A stretch of DNA of 63,432 nt. Origin: Rhizophagus irregularis (lineage: Eukaryota). Positions 12,972-27,349 of this stretch are shown piece by piece. The position numbers and the translations under genes were made by a program. Positions within the stretch are counted from its first letter, which is position 1; every line of letters begins with the position of its first letter. Where the stretch lies: contig NC_089433.1 of the NCBI RefSeq assembly GCF_026210795.1, forward strand, positions 5,766,001-5,829,432, written 5' to 3'. The notes below the pieces were generated by a model that did not search any database, had not been told where the DNA came from, and saw only the letters and a program-made list of their open reading frames with translations.

Positions 12972-13862
12972 ATGAATTGTACATGTGCCCGATGTGTATT
13001 ATTTTGCTCAACCAACGAAAACAACGAACGCGTGGAGAGAAGAATCGTCTCAATTAACACTTACAACCAACACAACAAACATGGTTGAGTAGTGCGATCT
13101 ATTCATATTACTGAGGCCGAAAAAAAAAAATATCATACATGTTCCAAAAGTATAAACTTAAAATTGGCCCAGAATTATAAAAATGATCAGAACCTACAAC
13201 AAAGGTTCGAAAACAATAAAGTAATTTTTTATCGAAACAAAAGAAATCTAGATAACTTAATTCATGAAATAATACAAGAAGATGTTGCCATTCCTCTCTA
13301 TATCTTTGAGCCTCGTATTTCTTCTCCGTATTTATATCCTTTATCTAAATCACCATCACCAAAATATTTACTTTCCCAACCTCCTTCTCAATCTGCTGCT
13401 TCTTCTTTCGTTGATTTTCTTCAAAACGTCAGTCCAAGTTACTTAGCGCAAAAGCAAAGAGAATTACGACGAAAAATCGAATTAGTAAAAGGAAAATCTG
13501 TTAAGAAAATACAGGACGAAGTAAGCTTAATTGATACTTTATTAAATGCAGTATCTGACCTAACAAAAGAAAATATTGAATTAAAATGACGAATTGTTAC
13601 TATCAAAAAAAGATTATGTGAGTTTAATAAAACTTTAGAAAGACATAACTTAATCGAAACAATTACACTTGATGAGTGAAAGCGCAAGTGTCAGCTCATC
13701 ATTTTATCCAATTTAAAATATCGCTTCGAATTTGATTTATTGAATCAAGATTTTAAGCATCAAAAAATAAAATTATTTTTTTGGTGTATTTGTAAAGCAG
13801 ATAAATCATTACCGTGTAAATTTAATGTACACCATTCTTGTACAAAAGCTAAAAAAGAGTAA
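12972..13862 (+). pseudogene. Hypothetical protein (296 codons) with three in-frame TGA
   Basis: Single frame from ATG 12972 (MNCTCARC...) to TAA 13860-13862, interrupted only by TGA at 13086, 13587, 13677; central coiled coil, Cys/His-rich termini. Confidence 0.65.
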
Positions 13863-14824
13863 AAATGTTTGATAATTTTATGTGGCTTGTTTATTCAAGC
13901 AAAAATAATAAGTGAAATAAAATAATATGGTGTTTATTGTAATATAATAATAAATGAAAAGGACGATTCCTTAAAATTGGAAATTACACCCCTTGCAAAA
14001 TTTTTTAATGATATAAAAACGTATCAATACGTAATTTCATGATAATTAAATGATGCTTGTTTTTCAAGCAAGAATATTAAGTGTAAATAATATGTTGAGA
14101 ATACTTTTTATCATGATGTAACAATAAATGAAAGGGACAATTCCACAAAATTGGAATTACGGTATAGCACCAAAATTCATTTACTAATAAACAAGAATGT
14201 AAAAACTTAATATTTTGCAATCCATTTTTAAAAATTTCTCGCAAAAGTTCACGCGAAAGAAATCGAGTTATTGAATTTTATAATAAACAAAAACACATGA
14301 TACCGGTATATCCTTTTATGAATAAAACTGATTTCTAATAAATCTTATTAAATTACTATCCAAGAACTAAGGCTCCAGCATAATATTGTATTTATGACTC
14401 GTGTTATCCTATTAGTATTGTTAGCATAGTCCTAGTTTCACGCATAATTCGACTGACACGTGAAATTCAGTAGAGAATACAGTTCTGAATACTGTACAAA
14501 TATATTAGTTATTAGCATTTTACTGTAATAATTTGAAATCGAACTGTTCCTTAATGATACTGTAGCCTGTTGGTACTTCTATCAAATTATAAAAAAGTGA
14601 TAACACGTACTTATTACATCAGATATACAAACAAACTATTATTTGTGATAACGTAAATAAATTTAAGAAAAAATTGCTCTTACCTGGTGAATACCTGAAA
14701 TCCTGAATACTAGAAATTGCCTATTATCATGTTAAAGAAATTTAATCCAATTATTCGCATCATGTGACAAATGAAATAAATTTTAACTTTTATTGGTATA
14801 AAAATCTATGATAGATCAAGCTGA

Positions 14825-15279
14825 TTAATAATATAAATCAAAATATTCTAATTCTTTATAAGAAGAAATAACACCATTGATTTTTCCCATTTTATAACTA
14901 AAATATGCATATTTAAATTCTTCAACTAAAGCCCAAGCCTTATGGTAAACTTTATCATATTGGCCGCTCATAAAAACAATGTCATCATTATCTTCGTAAG
15001 TTTTGACAGTAATCGCATGATATTTTTTTCTATTGATACGAACAATTAACATTGTTGTTCCTACAAAATAAATAAAATAGATAGAAAGTTAAATATTTTA
15101 AAATAATCTAATTATTACATGGTCATATTCAGAATATAATTTCACAAACCATAATAATAAACAACTGCTGATCTTAATAAAAGAGGAGATACAATATTTG
15201 GTCCAGTAAAAGTATTAACTATATCATTATGTCCGAAGGCATGAAATGAAATGGTTACTCCAGTATTTTGAATTGTCAT
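14825..15279 (-). pseudogene. Small two-exon hypothetical gene, probably disrupted
   Basis: TATA-like box upstream, ATG at 15279, early stop in exon 1, GT-AG intron ~15062-15118, exon 2 = ORF 14825-15052. Confidence 0.35.
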
Positions 15280-17968
15280 TATTATATGTATTTAGTAAAA
15301 GTCGTAAGTCAAAATAAATAAATCAGTTTAACGAAACATTTTTATATAGATTTATTGTCACGCGTCATATAAAAATTGAGTTAATTGACAGATGTTATGT
15401 AATTTAATTTGCCATTATAAGCAATGATCGAACGTTACAGTCAACTGAACCAATTTTGATAAATAACTTTTGTGTAATGTATTGCATGTAAGGAAAAAAT
15501 CAATAAAGAGTGCATTTTAACTGCGATAGAAACTGTTTTGAAGTAATTTATTATCAAAATGATTAAAAAGTAGCTTTTGAAAGTTCATCAGTTTGGAAAA
15601 AACCGATACTTCTACTTCAAACTGAATTAAAATAAGGTGAATATAATTGTTTATTAATTAAGTCCAGGTTCGAAATTTGAGGACGTCGAACTGTACCTGA
15701 AGGATAGGTTTTATAGATTTATTCTTTATCGTCCTGCTTATTTTTATAAAGAGTATAAATGGTTAATATGTGATTGTATTCACTCAGTTTTACTGACTAC
15801 CTTTTATCTATAGGCAAATGTATTATTTAAATCATCGAAAACGTATAAAGTGAAAGCTTAAAAAAATTGACAATAAGTGTAAAAACACAAATTGTCAAAT
15901 TCGTATTTTAATAATTTTATTAATATTTTTAAATTTAGCAATTTATAAACTTTATTTTGATTTTGCGAAAAATGTATTGATTTATTAATCACTAACGCTA
16001 AATATGCAACAATTTATATTTTAAACGTGTAGTCATTTATAAAAAAATGAATTAAATTAAAATTACTAGGAAAATAATGCTTGATCATGTAACATTAAAG
16101 GGTAATAAAAATCTAAAGATAATTAGTTACAAAAAGAAAAAAAATAATATAGTAAGGTTTAATATATAGGTAAAACTAATATTTCTGATTCTAATTTGAA
16201 TTAAAATTGAAATTAACAAAATAAAATGCGTAATTATATGACAAATCACTACAATATCCCATGCTACACACTTTATAAGTCACTTTTTAATCAATAACAA
16301 TCATATGTACAAAACAAAAACTAGTTAAATAAAATATAAAAAATATTGTTCGCTATATTTCCGACCCTTCCTGACGCAATGCGGTGCAAACGGACCTCTA
16401 CTCTATAGCAAACATATATACTAACGAAAAAATATAAAAAATATTGTTCGCTATATTTCTGACCCTCCCTGGCGTAATTATTAAAAAAAATCAAACAAAA
16501 GCATAAAATATTAAAATTAAATAAAGATAGGATTAAAATATGGATTAAGATATAAAAGCTACTTGATAATGTCTAATTCTTAATTGTAATTGAATATACT
16601 ATGCGAATATATTGTTAAGTTGCTGCAAAATCCTCTGCCATAAACTCTATAAGTAGTATTTCCATTAAATAAATATATAAAAAGTTTCAGAAGATGCTTA
16701 ATGTTAAAGCTTAATGCAAATAAAAAAATAAATAATAAATAAAAAATAAAAAATAAATATCTATAATTTAAAATTATAAAATTTTTAACTTTGTAGGGAT
16801 AATTCAGAAAAACAACAAATAAAATGAACTTAAAAAAAATAAAAAAAAGTCTTAAAAATTCAATAATCCATTTAATAATTTCGTTAAGATTTTTCTTTTT
16901 AATGAATTTTTTTTTTGGTTCGCATTGTAAAGTGTTGGCAAATTTAGACTCATTATCATTTTTTGCATCGATTGTAAAAGAAGACGTATTCTACAAAAAT
17001 TAAAATAATAATTAGTAAAATTCAAATAAAACTATTATTAAAAAACATTAATATATATAACCTGTAAAATAGAAGCAACTTTTTTTTGATTATCATTAAA
17101 TTTTTTCTTTGATTCGTTATTTAAATTTTTGTCAATTTTATTTTCGCTTTCTAATGTCTCGTGAGTAGTTTTATAATTTTCTAAAAGTCGTTTGTTATTT
17201 TCAATATATTAACATTATAAAGTAATTTATTGTAAGTAATTATATCCAGTATGTACAAATTTTTAATTTTGTTATAAGTATTCTCTAATTTCAATTGTAA
17301 TTCCATTTTAATATGAATTGTAAATTTATTTACTTGCCATCTTTACGATTTATTATATTTCTCTGTCTGCATCATAATCAAATTTTGAATAAATGGTCAA
17401 ATGTTCGATATTGTTTGAAATAACTTGTTTCTTAACTTGGTTTTTTTTATTCATACTTGCTCTTGCATTAAAAAACATTGCGAAATTTTCAAATTTATAA
17501 TAAATGAATACTATATCAGACTAGGTCTCCACATTATTACCAAATATAAAATCAAGATGTCATTTGTACATAATCAATTTATTTATGGGGACACTTTATT
17601 ATGAAATTAAAATAGAAAAAGCCAAGAAGGATCACTATAAAATTCGTCGGGATACAAGTTTATCAGCTGAACTGATAAAATCGATTCAGTTGTCAAATTT
17701 ATACAAGAAATACCAGCACTTAGCCAACTTCACTTTTACCACAAATTCAGGTAATTCAATTTTTGAAACAATTCAATCATAAAAAGTCTGAACTTTAATT
17801 TAAAGAGTGTGAGAACATTTACCACATTTGAGAATACTTTACCAGTTTTAAGAAAAATCCAAAGATAAAAATTTAAAAAGGAATATTATTAAAAGGTATT
17901 AAAAGGTGTTGATCCAAATTGGCAAAATTCCGCAGTTTTGCAAATGTTACGTCTTTAAAAGTAATATA

Positions 17969-18212
17969 TAAGGTTGCTTGCCAAAACCTAGGGGTTTAGG
18001 CAAGATAGCGTTTCGCCGAAAAGCGAAATTCTGCCGAAACTATATTAAAGTTATATTAAAAAACTGGCAAAACTTTGGAGAAAGGCGAAACTGCCGAAAC
18101 TTATTATAAATGCCGAAACTGCTGAAACTCTGCTGAAACTATAATAAATCTATAGTAAAATTTTGACGAAACTAATCGTAGGATTTTGAAGAGGTTTAGA
18201 CAAGCAACCTTA
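17969..18212 (-). mobile_element. 244-bp hAT-like MITE, copy 2 (inverted)
   Basis: Same TIR; 8-bp TSD GTAATATA. Confidence 0.95.
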
Positions 18213-18771
18213 GTAATATATTTTAAAGATTTCATTAAATTCTTTGCTATTATTTAAGATAATCATTATTGATGAAGTCAAAATAAAAAACAACTTTGTA
18301 TAAAGAGGTATGTTGCGAATTTTTTTAAAAATTTAACAAACCATCATGTGTAAAGCTCCAATTTGCTCCAATAATTAACTCTACCAAACCATGCAGTATC
18401 AACAAATGCCAGAGATTCCAGATTTTCACAGGAACATTTTTGCTTATTTAAAGCATTTCCGATTTTATAATGAAATTCAGAATTATATAATACCGTCCAA
18501 TAATATCTCACTTTTGTATCCTGACTTAAAATCACATTAATTGTATTTGCAATCATCAAATTCGTCAATTCTAAATTTACTCATAATTTGTATAAACATT
18601 CAATTTCAAATTTAAAATCAAACCTGAATAAAAATTTGCAAAAAATAAAAATATTTTTTGGGGTATTTGTAAAGCAGATGGATCATTAAAAGTTCATTAA
18701 AAGGAAATTGAGTCATGTTTGGTAAGAATCGTAAAATGCTAAGTATTAGTTATTTACTAATCTAGTAGTAT

Positions 18772-19050
18772 CACTGGTAAAAAAATGGTTTATCCTACAC
18801 ATATCCTACACATATCTTACATATATCAGGTACTCAAAATGTAGAAAATCATACACAAATAATACACATATCATACACATATCGGGTACTTATATATATA
18901 GTATACCTATCAGGTACCTAATATATGTATGATATATATATTAGTACCCGATATGTGTATGATATGTGTATTATTTGTGTATGATTTTCTACATTTTGAG
19001 TACCCAATATGTGTAAGATATGTGTAGGATAAATCATTTTTTTACCAGTG
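18772..19050. mobile_element. CACTA-like palindromic MITE (279 bp)
   Basis: CACTGGTAAAAAAATGGTTTATCCTACACA ... TGTGTAGGATAAATCATTTTTTTACCAGTG; 3-bp TSD TAT; near-complete fold-back with ~12-bp subrepeats. Confidence 0.9.
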
Positions 19051-19767
19051 TATATAAATGAGTTATCATCTGAAGGATGATGGCCTATTTATATACTAAA
19101 CTAGATCAGTAAATAACTTTTTTATCATCCTAGATATACTAATTGGTCCGCCAGTTTATAACTGGCGGAAAAAATCCTAAATACCAATTAGTAGCCAGGT
19201 GATAAAATACAGTATTAACTACTGTACTTATATATACACAAAACAAGTTATTAAAGTTTCGAGTCTTCTTTACTTATTAATTTTAAATCACACGCAATTA
19301 CACCCCTTGTACATATGAAACTTTCAAAATTTTTTAATAATATAAAAATGAATCAATACAACTTTTAATCAATAATTTTATGAAATGGCTATTTTAAAAC
19401 AAATTAAAAACGAAGAAAGGAAAGATTGATTTTAAAACAGCGTCGTTTAGAGCTTTATCGATCGTTAATTAATAATCAAATTGGTAATTTTTAATTAATG
19501 CGTTATTTGTTATCATTTTATTTATATTAACTAGTGTTATTAACGTATTATTTTAGGAGACGCAAATTTCTTTACACAATTAATTTTGCTAAATGAACCA
19601 AATCATTTTTCTATTTGAAAAAATTTATAATTTCTTTTTGATTTTTCGTTCTTTTTAAATAAAACAAAAGTAAAACAATAAAATCTGACTGCAAACGTGA
19701 AGCTTGAAATTTTACGAATTCGCATGATTTGAACGTTCTGCAATGTTAACAATATTTTTTCAGACAA

Positions 19768-20022
19768 ATGCTTTATGACAAATTAGAACGTGACATTAAT
19801 ATTAATCTAAATGGAATTGGTGATTCAATAGGCAATACAGCCCAGGATGTAGGCGATTCATTAAATAATGCTGCAAAATATACTGGCAATGCAATACAGA
19901 ATGTTACCAATACAGCTATCGGGGGAATAGATAAACTTGCACAAGAAGCTATCACAGCTGTACTATCAGCCTTTGATAATTTTGTTCTTAAAGTACCTAC
20001 CAATGCCTATTCTTCTCAGTAG
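19768..20022 (+). CDS. Short ORF or fragment with 11-residue amphipathic repeats
   Basis: IGDSIGNTAQD/VGDSLNNAAKY/TGNAIQNVTNT periodicity; higher GC than flanks. Confidence 0.4.
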   Translation: MLYDKLERDININLNGIGDSIGNTAQDVGDSLNNAAKYTGNAIQNVTNTAIGGIDKLAQEAITAVLSAFDNFVLKVPTNAYSSQ

Positions 20023-20377
20023 ATGACACGCGATTCATAGAACACAAAAGCTTACTTTGCTCTTTACTTCGAAATTGTACTGATCCAAGGTTTCATTTTT
20101 AGCTTTCAATTCATTAAATTCGGTGACTTAAGAAATGTAGTTACTTTTCAAAGTAATAAAACAGCATTACTAGATTTCAACAATTGAAATTCAGAATCTA
20201 ATAAAATATTTTCCCGAGTTAAACATTTACAAAGTATCTTTTATGCAAGAATTTTTATTTAATATAACAAAAATAAACAACTAAGCAGAAATATCAGAAA
20301 ACTCCAACAAATTATTATTTTTGATAAAAATAAGATTGAAGAACTTGAAAACTTGGTTGACTTTTATAAAAATAAGG

Positions 20378-21134
20378 TCATTGGAAATCATATGAGTGAT
20401 ATGATTCAAGAATATTCAAAAATATTTTAAAATCTCTTCTTTTTATAAAAAAACTTAAAATTATATGTGAAATATCATTATGAGATTTATCCTTATAATT
20501 GATATCTTGCATAAACTTGTTATTTTCACATTGAAGCCTATTCTTCTTGTTAATAAGTACGCAATTCGCAGAAAATAAACGAGTTGTATGCTCGGTAAGA
20601 TCTCTGACACATTGATTTTTCTCCTTAAGCTCCACTTTAAGTGATTTATTTTCTATTTGAAACACTCCAATTTTTGGCCTAACAACGTTTCTTTTAATTT
20701 GTTTATTACAATCATTGTGTTGTTGCAATTACTCATTCAATCTTTTAATTTCTACTAGTAAGTTTTTTTTTTCGTTTGTTAATTTTTGATTTTGACTTCT
20801 TCTCACGTAAAGCATTAATTTCATTTTGGAGTTTGCAGACTTCAGAATCAAAAACTCTAGTTTCAAATTCCAAAGATTCATTTTTAGCTTTCAATTCTGT
20901 AAGAACGGTTAATTGTGAAATGTAACTGTTTTTTTCAAGTAGCAAATTATTATTACTAGATTTCAACAATTGAATTTCAGAATCCAAACTTGAATTTATA
21001 GATTTCAATGAAATATTATCCTGAGTTAAAGAATCATTTTCAATTTGATATTTTGCGATTTCACTATTAATATCGGCTGTGAAATCTTCAACGAGGCCTA
21101 CAATAATGTCTTTACGATTTGAGTTATTATTCAT
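20378..21134 (-). pseudogene. Coiled-coil protein, frameshifted
   Basis: Consecutive ORFs 21134-20745 and 20728-20378 with heptad composition; part duplicated at ~20090-20235. Confidence 0.5.
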
Positions 21135-22467
21135 ATTGTCTGTTTAATAGATAAATATATATTAATAAAAATCAAAAATTAGTTAATATTCTTGTTTAAA
21201 TAATAAAAATTACTAGTCAACTTATCTGCAAGATTAAATCATTTGAAATTTTCTCATTCAAATTTTAGGTATATATAGTTTGCGCATAGATTATCTGCCA
21301 ATTTGACAAAATCTCATGTGAAAAGTACGCAAATTCAGATTTATGTAACCGTTTAACCTTTTTTATTCGCAGTTGAATCAAGAATTGTAAATAAGAAAGT
21401 GCTGTACTGCTTTGTACGTTTCCTTCAATTTTACTTCATTTATTTGTATAAGATACATATAGCTAAGAGAATTTTTTATATTTACAACTTTACTCCAAGT
21501 TTTATAATATTGGATTTTGCATTTGAATTTGGTTGTTTATTCAAAATGACGAATTTGATGAATGAAAATTGATTCAAATTAATGATTGTAACTTTACTTT
21601 AAGAATCTAAAGTAAGCGAATGGATTTTGAAAGTCAATAAAATCATATCGATATTGGCAGGTGACATCATTTTTGTTTATGATTTATCTAGAATATTGGC
21701 ATACTGCATGTTTGTAGTAATATTAAAATTTGTCAATTTATTAAATTGCAGCAAAATTTCAACTGGATTATTTAGACTGGATTTTACATTGTAGAAATTT
21801 GGAATCCATTTTATTTATTAACACTGAATAAGTTTCACCATTTGTAATTTTGGCTTGCAAATGATTGATAAATATTCTGATTTCCATCGACATATTCATT
21901 ATCATTTGAGTTCCTTTATAAAAAATAATTTTATTTTTAGAATTATTGTATCTTCTATAATTACAAGAACAAATAATGACTTTGTTCTTACCATGATTAT
22001 AAGTAACTTGATTTGTATTATAGGTATCAAAATAATTGTTACAATAATAAGAACTAAAAAGTTAAAGTTCCTTTAACTAAAGTTCGATTTGGCCAATGAC
22101 CAAATTCACATGTAACATAAAAAAAATAAAATATTTCGTGCCTAAAAACTGTGTGCGTTCTTTTTTTCTTGCAATAAATCATTTCCAACTAGTTGAGAAT
22201 ATCTAAAAGTATGAGTTATGGAAATGTGAAAAAAATAATAATATACTTACTACGACTAATATACCCGAAGGAAAAATAAAAAGGTTGTCGAAGAATTAAA
22301 AAAGTTTTTACATTAAAAAAAACTGAATTATTAAATATACATAAGAAGTAAAAACGATAAAATTGAAATTATAAATTAGCTTTATATTTTATGTTATGTT
22401 TAGTTTTAGCTAATAAATCTATTCCTATTTCTAAATTCTTAATATTATTATTCATAATTTCTTTCGT

Positions 22468-22749
22468 TTATTGTATTTGATATTCTAATAAATGAATTGC
22501 ATCATCAACATGTAAATTGTGAGCTTGCATCCGTTCATTTATCATATCTAATTGCACTTGGCACTGACAATTATTATCATAAGAGTTATTTATTAATAAA
22601 AATCCACAAAATACCAATAAAATCATAATGAATCCAATCGCTAATAAATGAATATATTTTTTAATTTCGCGTATAGCTGCTTCATATCTGTAGCACCAAT
22701 TTTCACCAGTTGAAGTAGCAGTTACCTGAGAATCAGACGAATCAGACAT
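22468..22749 (-). CDS. Small single-pass membrane protein (93 aa)
   Basis: Intact ORF with hydrophobic stretch IHLLAIGFIMILLVFCGFLLI; TATA-like element ~100 bp upstream. Confidence 0.5.
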   Translation of the reverse strand: MSDSSDSQVTATSTGENWCYRYEAAIREIKKYIHLLAIGFIMILLVFCGFLLINNSYDNNCQCQVQLDMINERMQAHNLHVDDAIHLLEYQIQ

Positions 22750-22915
22750 ATTAATTTGAATGTTAATAAAATGTTTTAACCGTTGTTGAGAATTATTAGC
22801 GTTTGTAAATCAAATCTTCGCTTAAAATTGATACAAAAAATTCAGTCGTTTATATAATAAATCAAGTTACACTATATGATATAATACAGTATTGATTTCA
22901 GACTAACTTTATATA

Positions 22916-23627
22916 GAGGTCGTCTAAAGCGAAGCTTCCTCAGTATCACCATCACTTTTTCCACCCCACGTGATTTTGTAAAATTCATCACCGGCATCAC
23001 ACCCCACCACGTTTTCACTGTTTATATTTATCTGAAGGACTTAGTTTTTTTTTGCATCACAAAATTATTTTTTTCAAATCCCTTTAAATGTCACCGGTCA
23101 CGTGGGGGTGGAATTTTAATTATAAAAGTTTATTTATTTATTTATTTTATTTCAGATAAAAGCCTGCTTCACATAAAATAAATTTTATTTCAGATAAAAG
23201 TGATGGTGATACTGGGGTAAATTCTAAAGTGGAGTCAAATTACGTGATTCAATATAATATGAATGAACTAATTTTTTTATGAATCAAGTTTAACATAAAC
23301 TTGAAAATCATAAAATAAGTGTATCTTAGCCTGCTTTACGAGTTTACTTAAGGTTAAAAAGTAGATTTTGAATACTGGTTTTCACTTTATATATTAGCAA
23401 AAGCTTTTTTGCCGATCATATCTAAAAATGGATAGACAAAAATGAAAAGTCAAATAAATCGAAAACGGCATTCAAAACTCATTTTGTCATTTTAAGTAAA
23501 CTTGCGGAGCAGGCCAAAATACACTTGGTATATATATTTAAAAGGTCGTATATATATTGTGAAAAATTTTATTTAGAAAATAAATTTTTTTGAAGTCACG
23601 TGATTTGACTCCGCTTTAGACGTCCCC
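22916..23627. mobile_element. MULE-like non-autonomous element with a second MITE nested in its left TIR
   Basis: GAGGTCGTCTAAAGCG ... CGCTTTAGACGTCCCC; degenerate 9-bp TSD CTTTRTATR; inner element ~22935-23221 with IR CAGTATCACCATCACTTTT/AAAAGTGATGGTGATACTG and duplicated TCTAAAGYGRAG. Confidence 0.6.
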
Positions 23628-24729
23628 CTTTGTATGATGTCGATTGTATCACCAAAGAATTAATACTAATAATACACTCTGATAGGATAGAAATAATTCC
23701 TACATTTGAATTGTTGAAAAAATGCAATATTTTAATAAAACAAATCGTACTTCTAAAAAAAATATTAAATAAATTACTTATCAAGGTATTTAACTTGATT
23801 GTATATTTTATATTAAATTATATCTATTGACTTTTTATTTAATAAAGGAAAATCAACTTAAAGATCTTGAAAAAATTGTCAATAATTTACATCAAAATCA
23901 AAATTCAGATGCATTAAACAATGAATCTTATTTATATTATAAAAGATCAAAAAACCAAAAAATTGAAGAAGTTGAAATTTGAAAAATTTATTGGTAACTA
24001 AAATTTATTTATTTGACTTATATTTGTCAATAAAAAATTTAATTAAATTATTTATTTTAGAGGTATACAGCGACTTGAGTATTGAAATTCTATTATATTT
24101 GAATGAAAATAAACATCTTTCATTACATAATATGTATGAAATTGATGCATTTTTGCTAAACAAAGTTTATTTGCTTTTTTTCTTTAAGATAGTAAACGAA
24201 AATTATAAATTTATACGAGTTACTCGAAGAATAATTTATTTCACTAAAGATAAACAATTATTACAATTCAAATATAATTCTAAATTAGATGCATTACTAA
24301 ATAATAATATATCTTTAAATTAATATTATCGTTATATAAATATCTGTGAAAATATAAAAAAGCTTACAACTTACTACATTCAAAAATAAATTTTTAATTG
24401 ACCGAAGTTTATATCAACATTTTGCGAAATACTACAGTTAGTTTGCAAATCTTAATAATAGAATATAATAGTTGCAACATTATGTCTCGAATGAGTACAA
24501 TTAAAAATACAATATTATGTATCATAACGATATTCTTTAAAATTGAATTAGAATTAAATAGCCGAAAATAATAGTAGGTCCGCACTCCGCAGGACCGTAG
24601 TAAATCAACTTTATAAATAAAAGAACCAAACATATTAATCAATATAAGTAATTAAAGCCAAAAATTATTTTATTAAATAATTTTTTGTATTGTATCTCAG
24701 CCTAATGAGCCTATACCATTCGACTTAGA

Positions 24730-25909
24730 ATAATCTTCGCTGACTTTTTATTAAGTAGAGTAATTTTTTTTCCTAGAATTCCATTTCAACTTGTGATAAA
24801 ATTTCTCTGTAACTTTTGCTATAACCCAAGTTTCAATAGTGCAATTCTTAAGAGTTACAATATTTGGATTAAAAATACTCCAAAGTCCAAAATTTGTCAA
24901 CAGATATCCTATTATTGATCAATTCGATTTTTTCGAGATTATAATTATATAAAGTAAAAATCGTTATTGTTATACTATTCCATTTCCAATTTTTAAATAT
25001 TAAGACCTTTAAATTCCTATAATTTTTTATTAAATTCCTTATATAAATAACGAATGTTTCCAATTGTGAATTATGTGAATTATAATCAAGAAATTCAAGT
25101 TCTAACTAAATAATAACAATTATAATAACGATAATATAAAATAGTTAGTAAATGCAGTTTTTTCATCGTAATAAAAAAAAATCGAATCAATTATATACTT
25201 TTTCTATTTGTTCAAGTTTACTTAACATCGACATAGCTTCATAATCCACAAAATTGACTTTAATATTAACTCGTTTCACATTTAATATGGTTTTCTCATA
25301 GCTTTTAAAGGGTATTATTGATTTAGATATCCAATATAATCTTACATTTTCTTTGATCTTTGTTTCCAAATAAAAATTCAAGATTAATAAATTCAATCCA
25401 TCAACTAAAATAATATTTTTTAAAATATATTGTAGGCTTATTTCTAGTTTGTTGGGATATAGATCAAATCGGTTTAAAGTGGGGAGTATTCCGTTTGAAG
25501 CTATGCATAATTTACAAAATGAGCAAATAAATTCATAATAATCGAATTCCTTTAATAGATTTTTAAAACTGATAGTATTTTCTGCAAATTTTTTGAACTT
25601 ATCATAATTAATCTTTTTAGTAGATAGAAAAGATTTAGTAATTAATTGCAAGTCAACTATATGAGTGTTTAAAAAGAATAAATTATCAAGGTCATCAATA
25701 TAGTAAATATATAAACTAACTAATAATCTTTTATATTTGAAGTATTTAAAAGGATTGCTAAAAATAATTTTAAGAATAATGCTATTAAAAATTCTATTAA
25801 CGACGCGCAATTCTAAATAATCATGTTCAAACTGAAGTAAATAAAAGACTTCGTCTATAATTTGTGTGATAATTTCAAAAGATAAGGAATACATTTTATA
25901 TCTGATCAT
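24730..25909 (-). pseudogene. F-box (+LRR-like) protein, likely degraded
   Basis: N-terminus LSFEIITQII...LRVVNRIFNSIILKIIFSNPF resembles fungal F-box motifs; downstream exon with LxxLxL-type segments. Confidence 0.6.
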
Positions 25910-26125
25910 TGAAAAAAAAGCAGATTTATTTTTTATATAAATAATTTAATGCAGATTTAAAAAATGCAAAATATTTTTTTGACGTGTGCTTTTATAAATT
26001 TTATGATAAATCAGTCTTTGAGTAACTTTCTACGTGTTTTTTTATGGTTAATTAAAACTATATATAATAAGCATTTATTTACGATAAAATTTATCCCTAA
26101 CTTCTCTGTCTTTAATTTATTATAA

Positions 26126-26973
26126 TGCTCAGAAAAAAAAAATATAAACCACAAAAAAATACGTTTGATAACAGATTCTATAACAATCCATACTTTTACT
26201 AAAACCCTATAAAAAAAATTTTACTTAAAATATATTTAAAATATATTTAATTTTCTTTAAAATATACTTAATTTTCTTATTTTATACTTAAAATATACTG
26301 AAAATTGAATTTTCGCAAAATTTGAATTAAATTGTATTTAATATATACTTAAAATATATTTAATTTACATTTAAATTTTGCCCATTTCAGTATATTTTAA
26401 GGATATTTAAAATAAGAATATTTTAAGTATATTATTATATACTTAAATTATACTTAAATGATATTTAATTTTTGCCTATTTCAGTATATTTTAAGTATAA
26501 AATAAAATTTTAAGTTTATTTTAAGTATATTTTAGCAAAAATATTTTTTATAGGGAAAAAGTAATACACAAAATGAAAGCAATCTAAAATATAATGCTTT
26601 TATTAGAGATTTACGTTCGGAATTCAGAAATTTACGAAAAGAAAACTATCATTTAATAAATCAATTATCTTTGAAAGTAAAAACGGTTAAAGAACTAGAA
26701 GCAGAAAATGAAATGTTTGGTAAAACAATTGAACTGTTGGAATTAGAAAACGTGTCACATAAGAAGGAACTAGATTTGATTAAGAAAGAAAACGCGTATA
26801 GAAATAACTATGAAGACAAATACGTCGAAAATTTAATTAAAGAAAACACATCTTTAATTGAACAAATAAAAATTTATAATAAAGCAATTAAAATATACCA
26901 AAACAAAATTGCTATGAAAATTTCCAGGCAAGTGAAACCAGAATTTGACTTATATTTCTTAAATTTTGATTAA
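26126..26973 (+). pseudogene. Coiled-coil hypothetical gene interrupted by MITE
   Basis: MLRKKKYKPQ... from 26126 ends in TAA just before the MITE; open frame SNTQNESNLKYNAF... after the MITE runs into ORF 26671-26973. Confidence 0.5.
26205..26555. mobile_element. CCC-ended (CACTA/EnSpm-like) MITE
   Basis: CCCTATAAAAAAA ... TTTTTTATAGGG inserted in an A-run; internal ATATACTTAAAAT repeats; same terminus as 28237-30240. Confidence 0.85.
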
Positions 26974-27349
26974 ATATTCTGTGTTTGGCATAGATTTATT
27001 TTCTCTTTTTTTATATTCGGTCAATCAATTTATAATTTTTTGTATTTTATTTGCAAGTCAGTGTAATAATAAATATGAATCAATAAAAAGTAAACGTTTA
27101 TTACGTGAGTCACATAGGCACTTTATTCGAGTCTTATTAAATATGTTTAATAATCATGAACATAGTGTGAGTGCTCATTGTTAGAGATTAGCAATTCATT
27201 TTTCAAGTATAATGCCGTAATGCAGGTCAAGATTCACGTGAAAGTGGAATTGTATAATTTTGACATAGTAAAAGTGGTTTTTCTTTATTATTCAAATTTG
27301 ATAATATAATCATTTTTTAATTTGTAAACAAACGTTACTTTATTCGACA

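Noticed and set aside
16230..16480. SINE/tRNA-derived element (also considered for 61405-61530)
   Set aside because: Short GC-richer pieces, one with a local duplication and one with an A-tail, but no A/B boxes, cloverleaf or TSD could be read
19147..19168. Helitron 3' hairpin (CCGCCAGTTTATAACTGGCGG)
   Set aside because: No CTRR terminus at the expected distance and no identifiable 5' end
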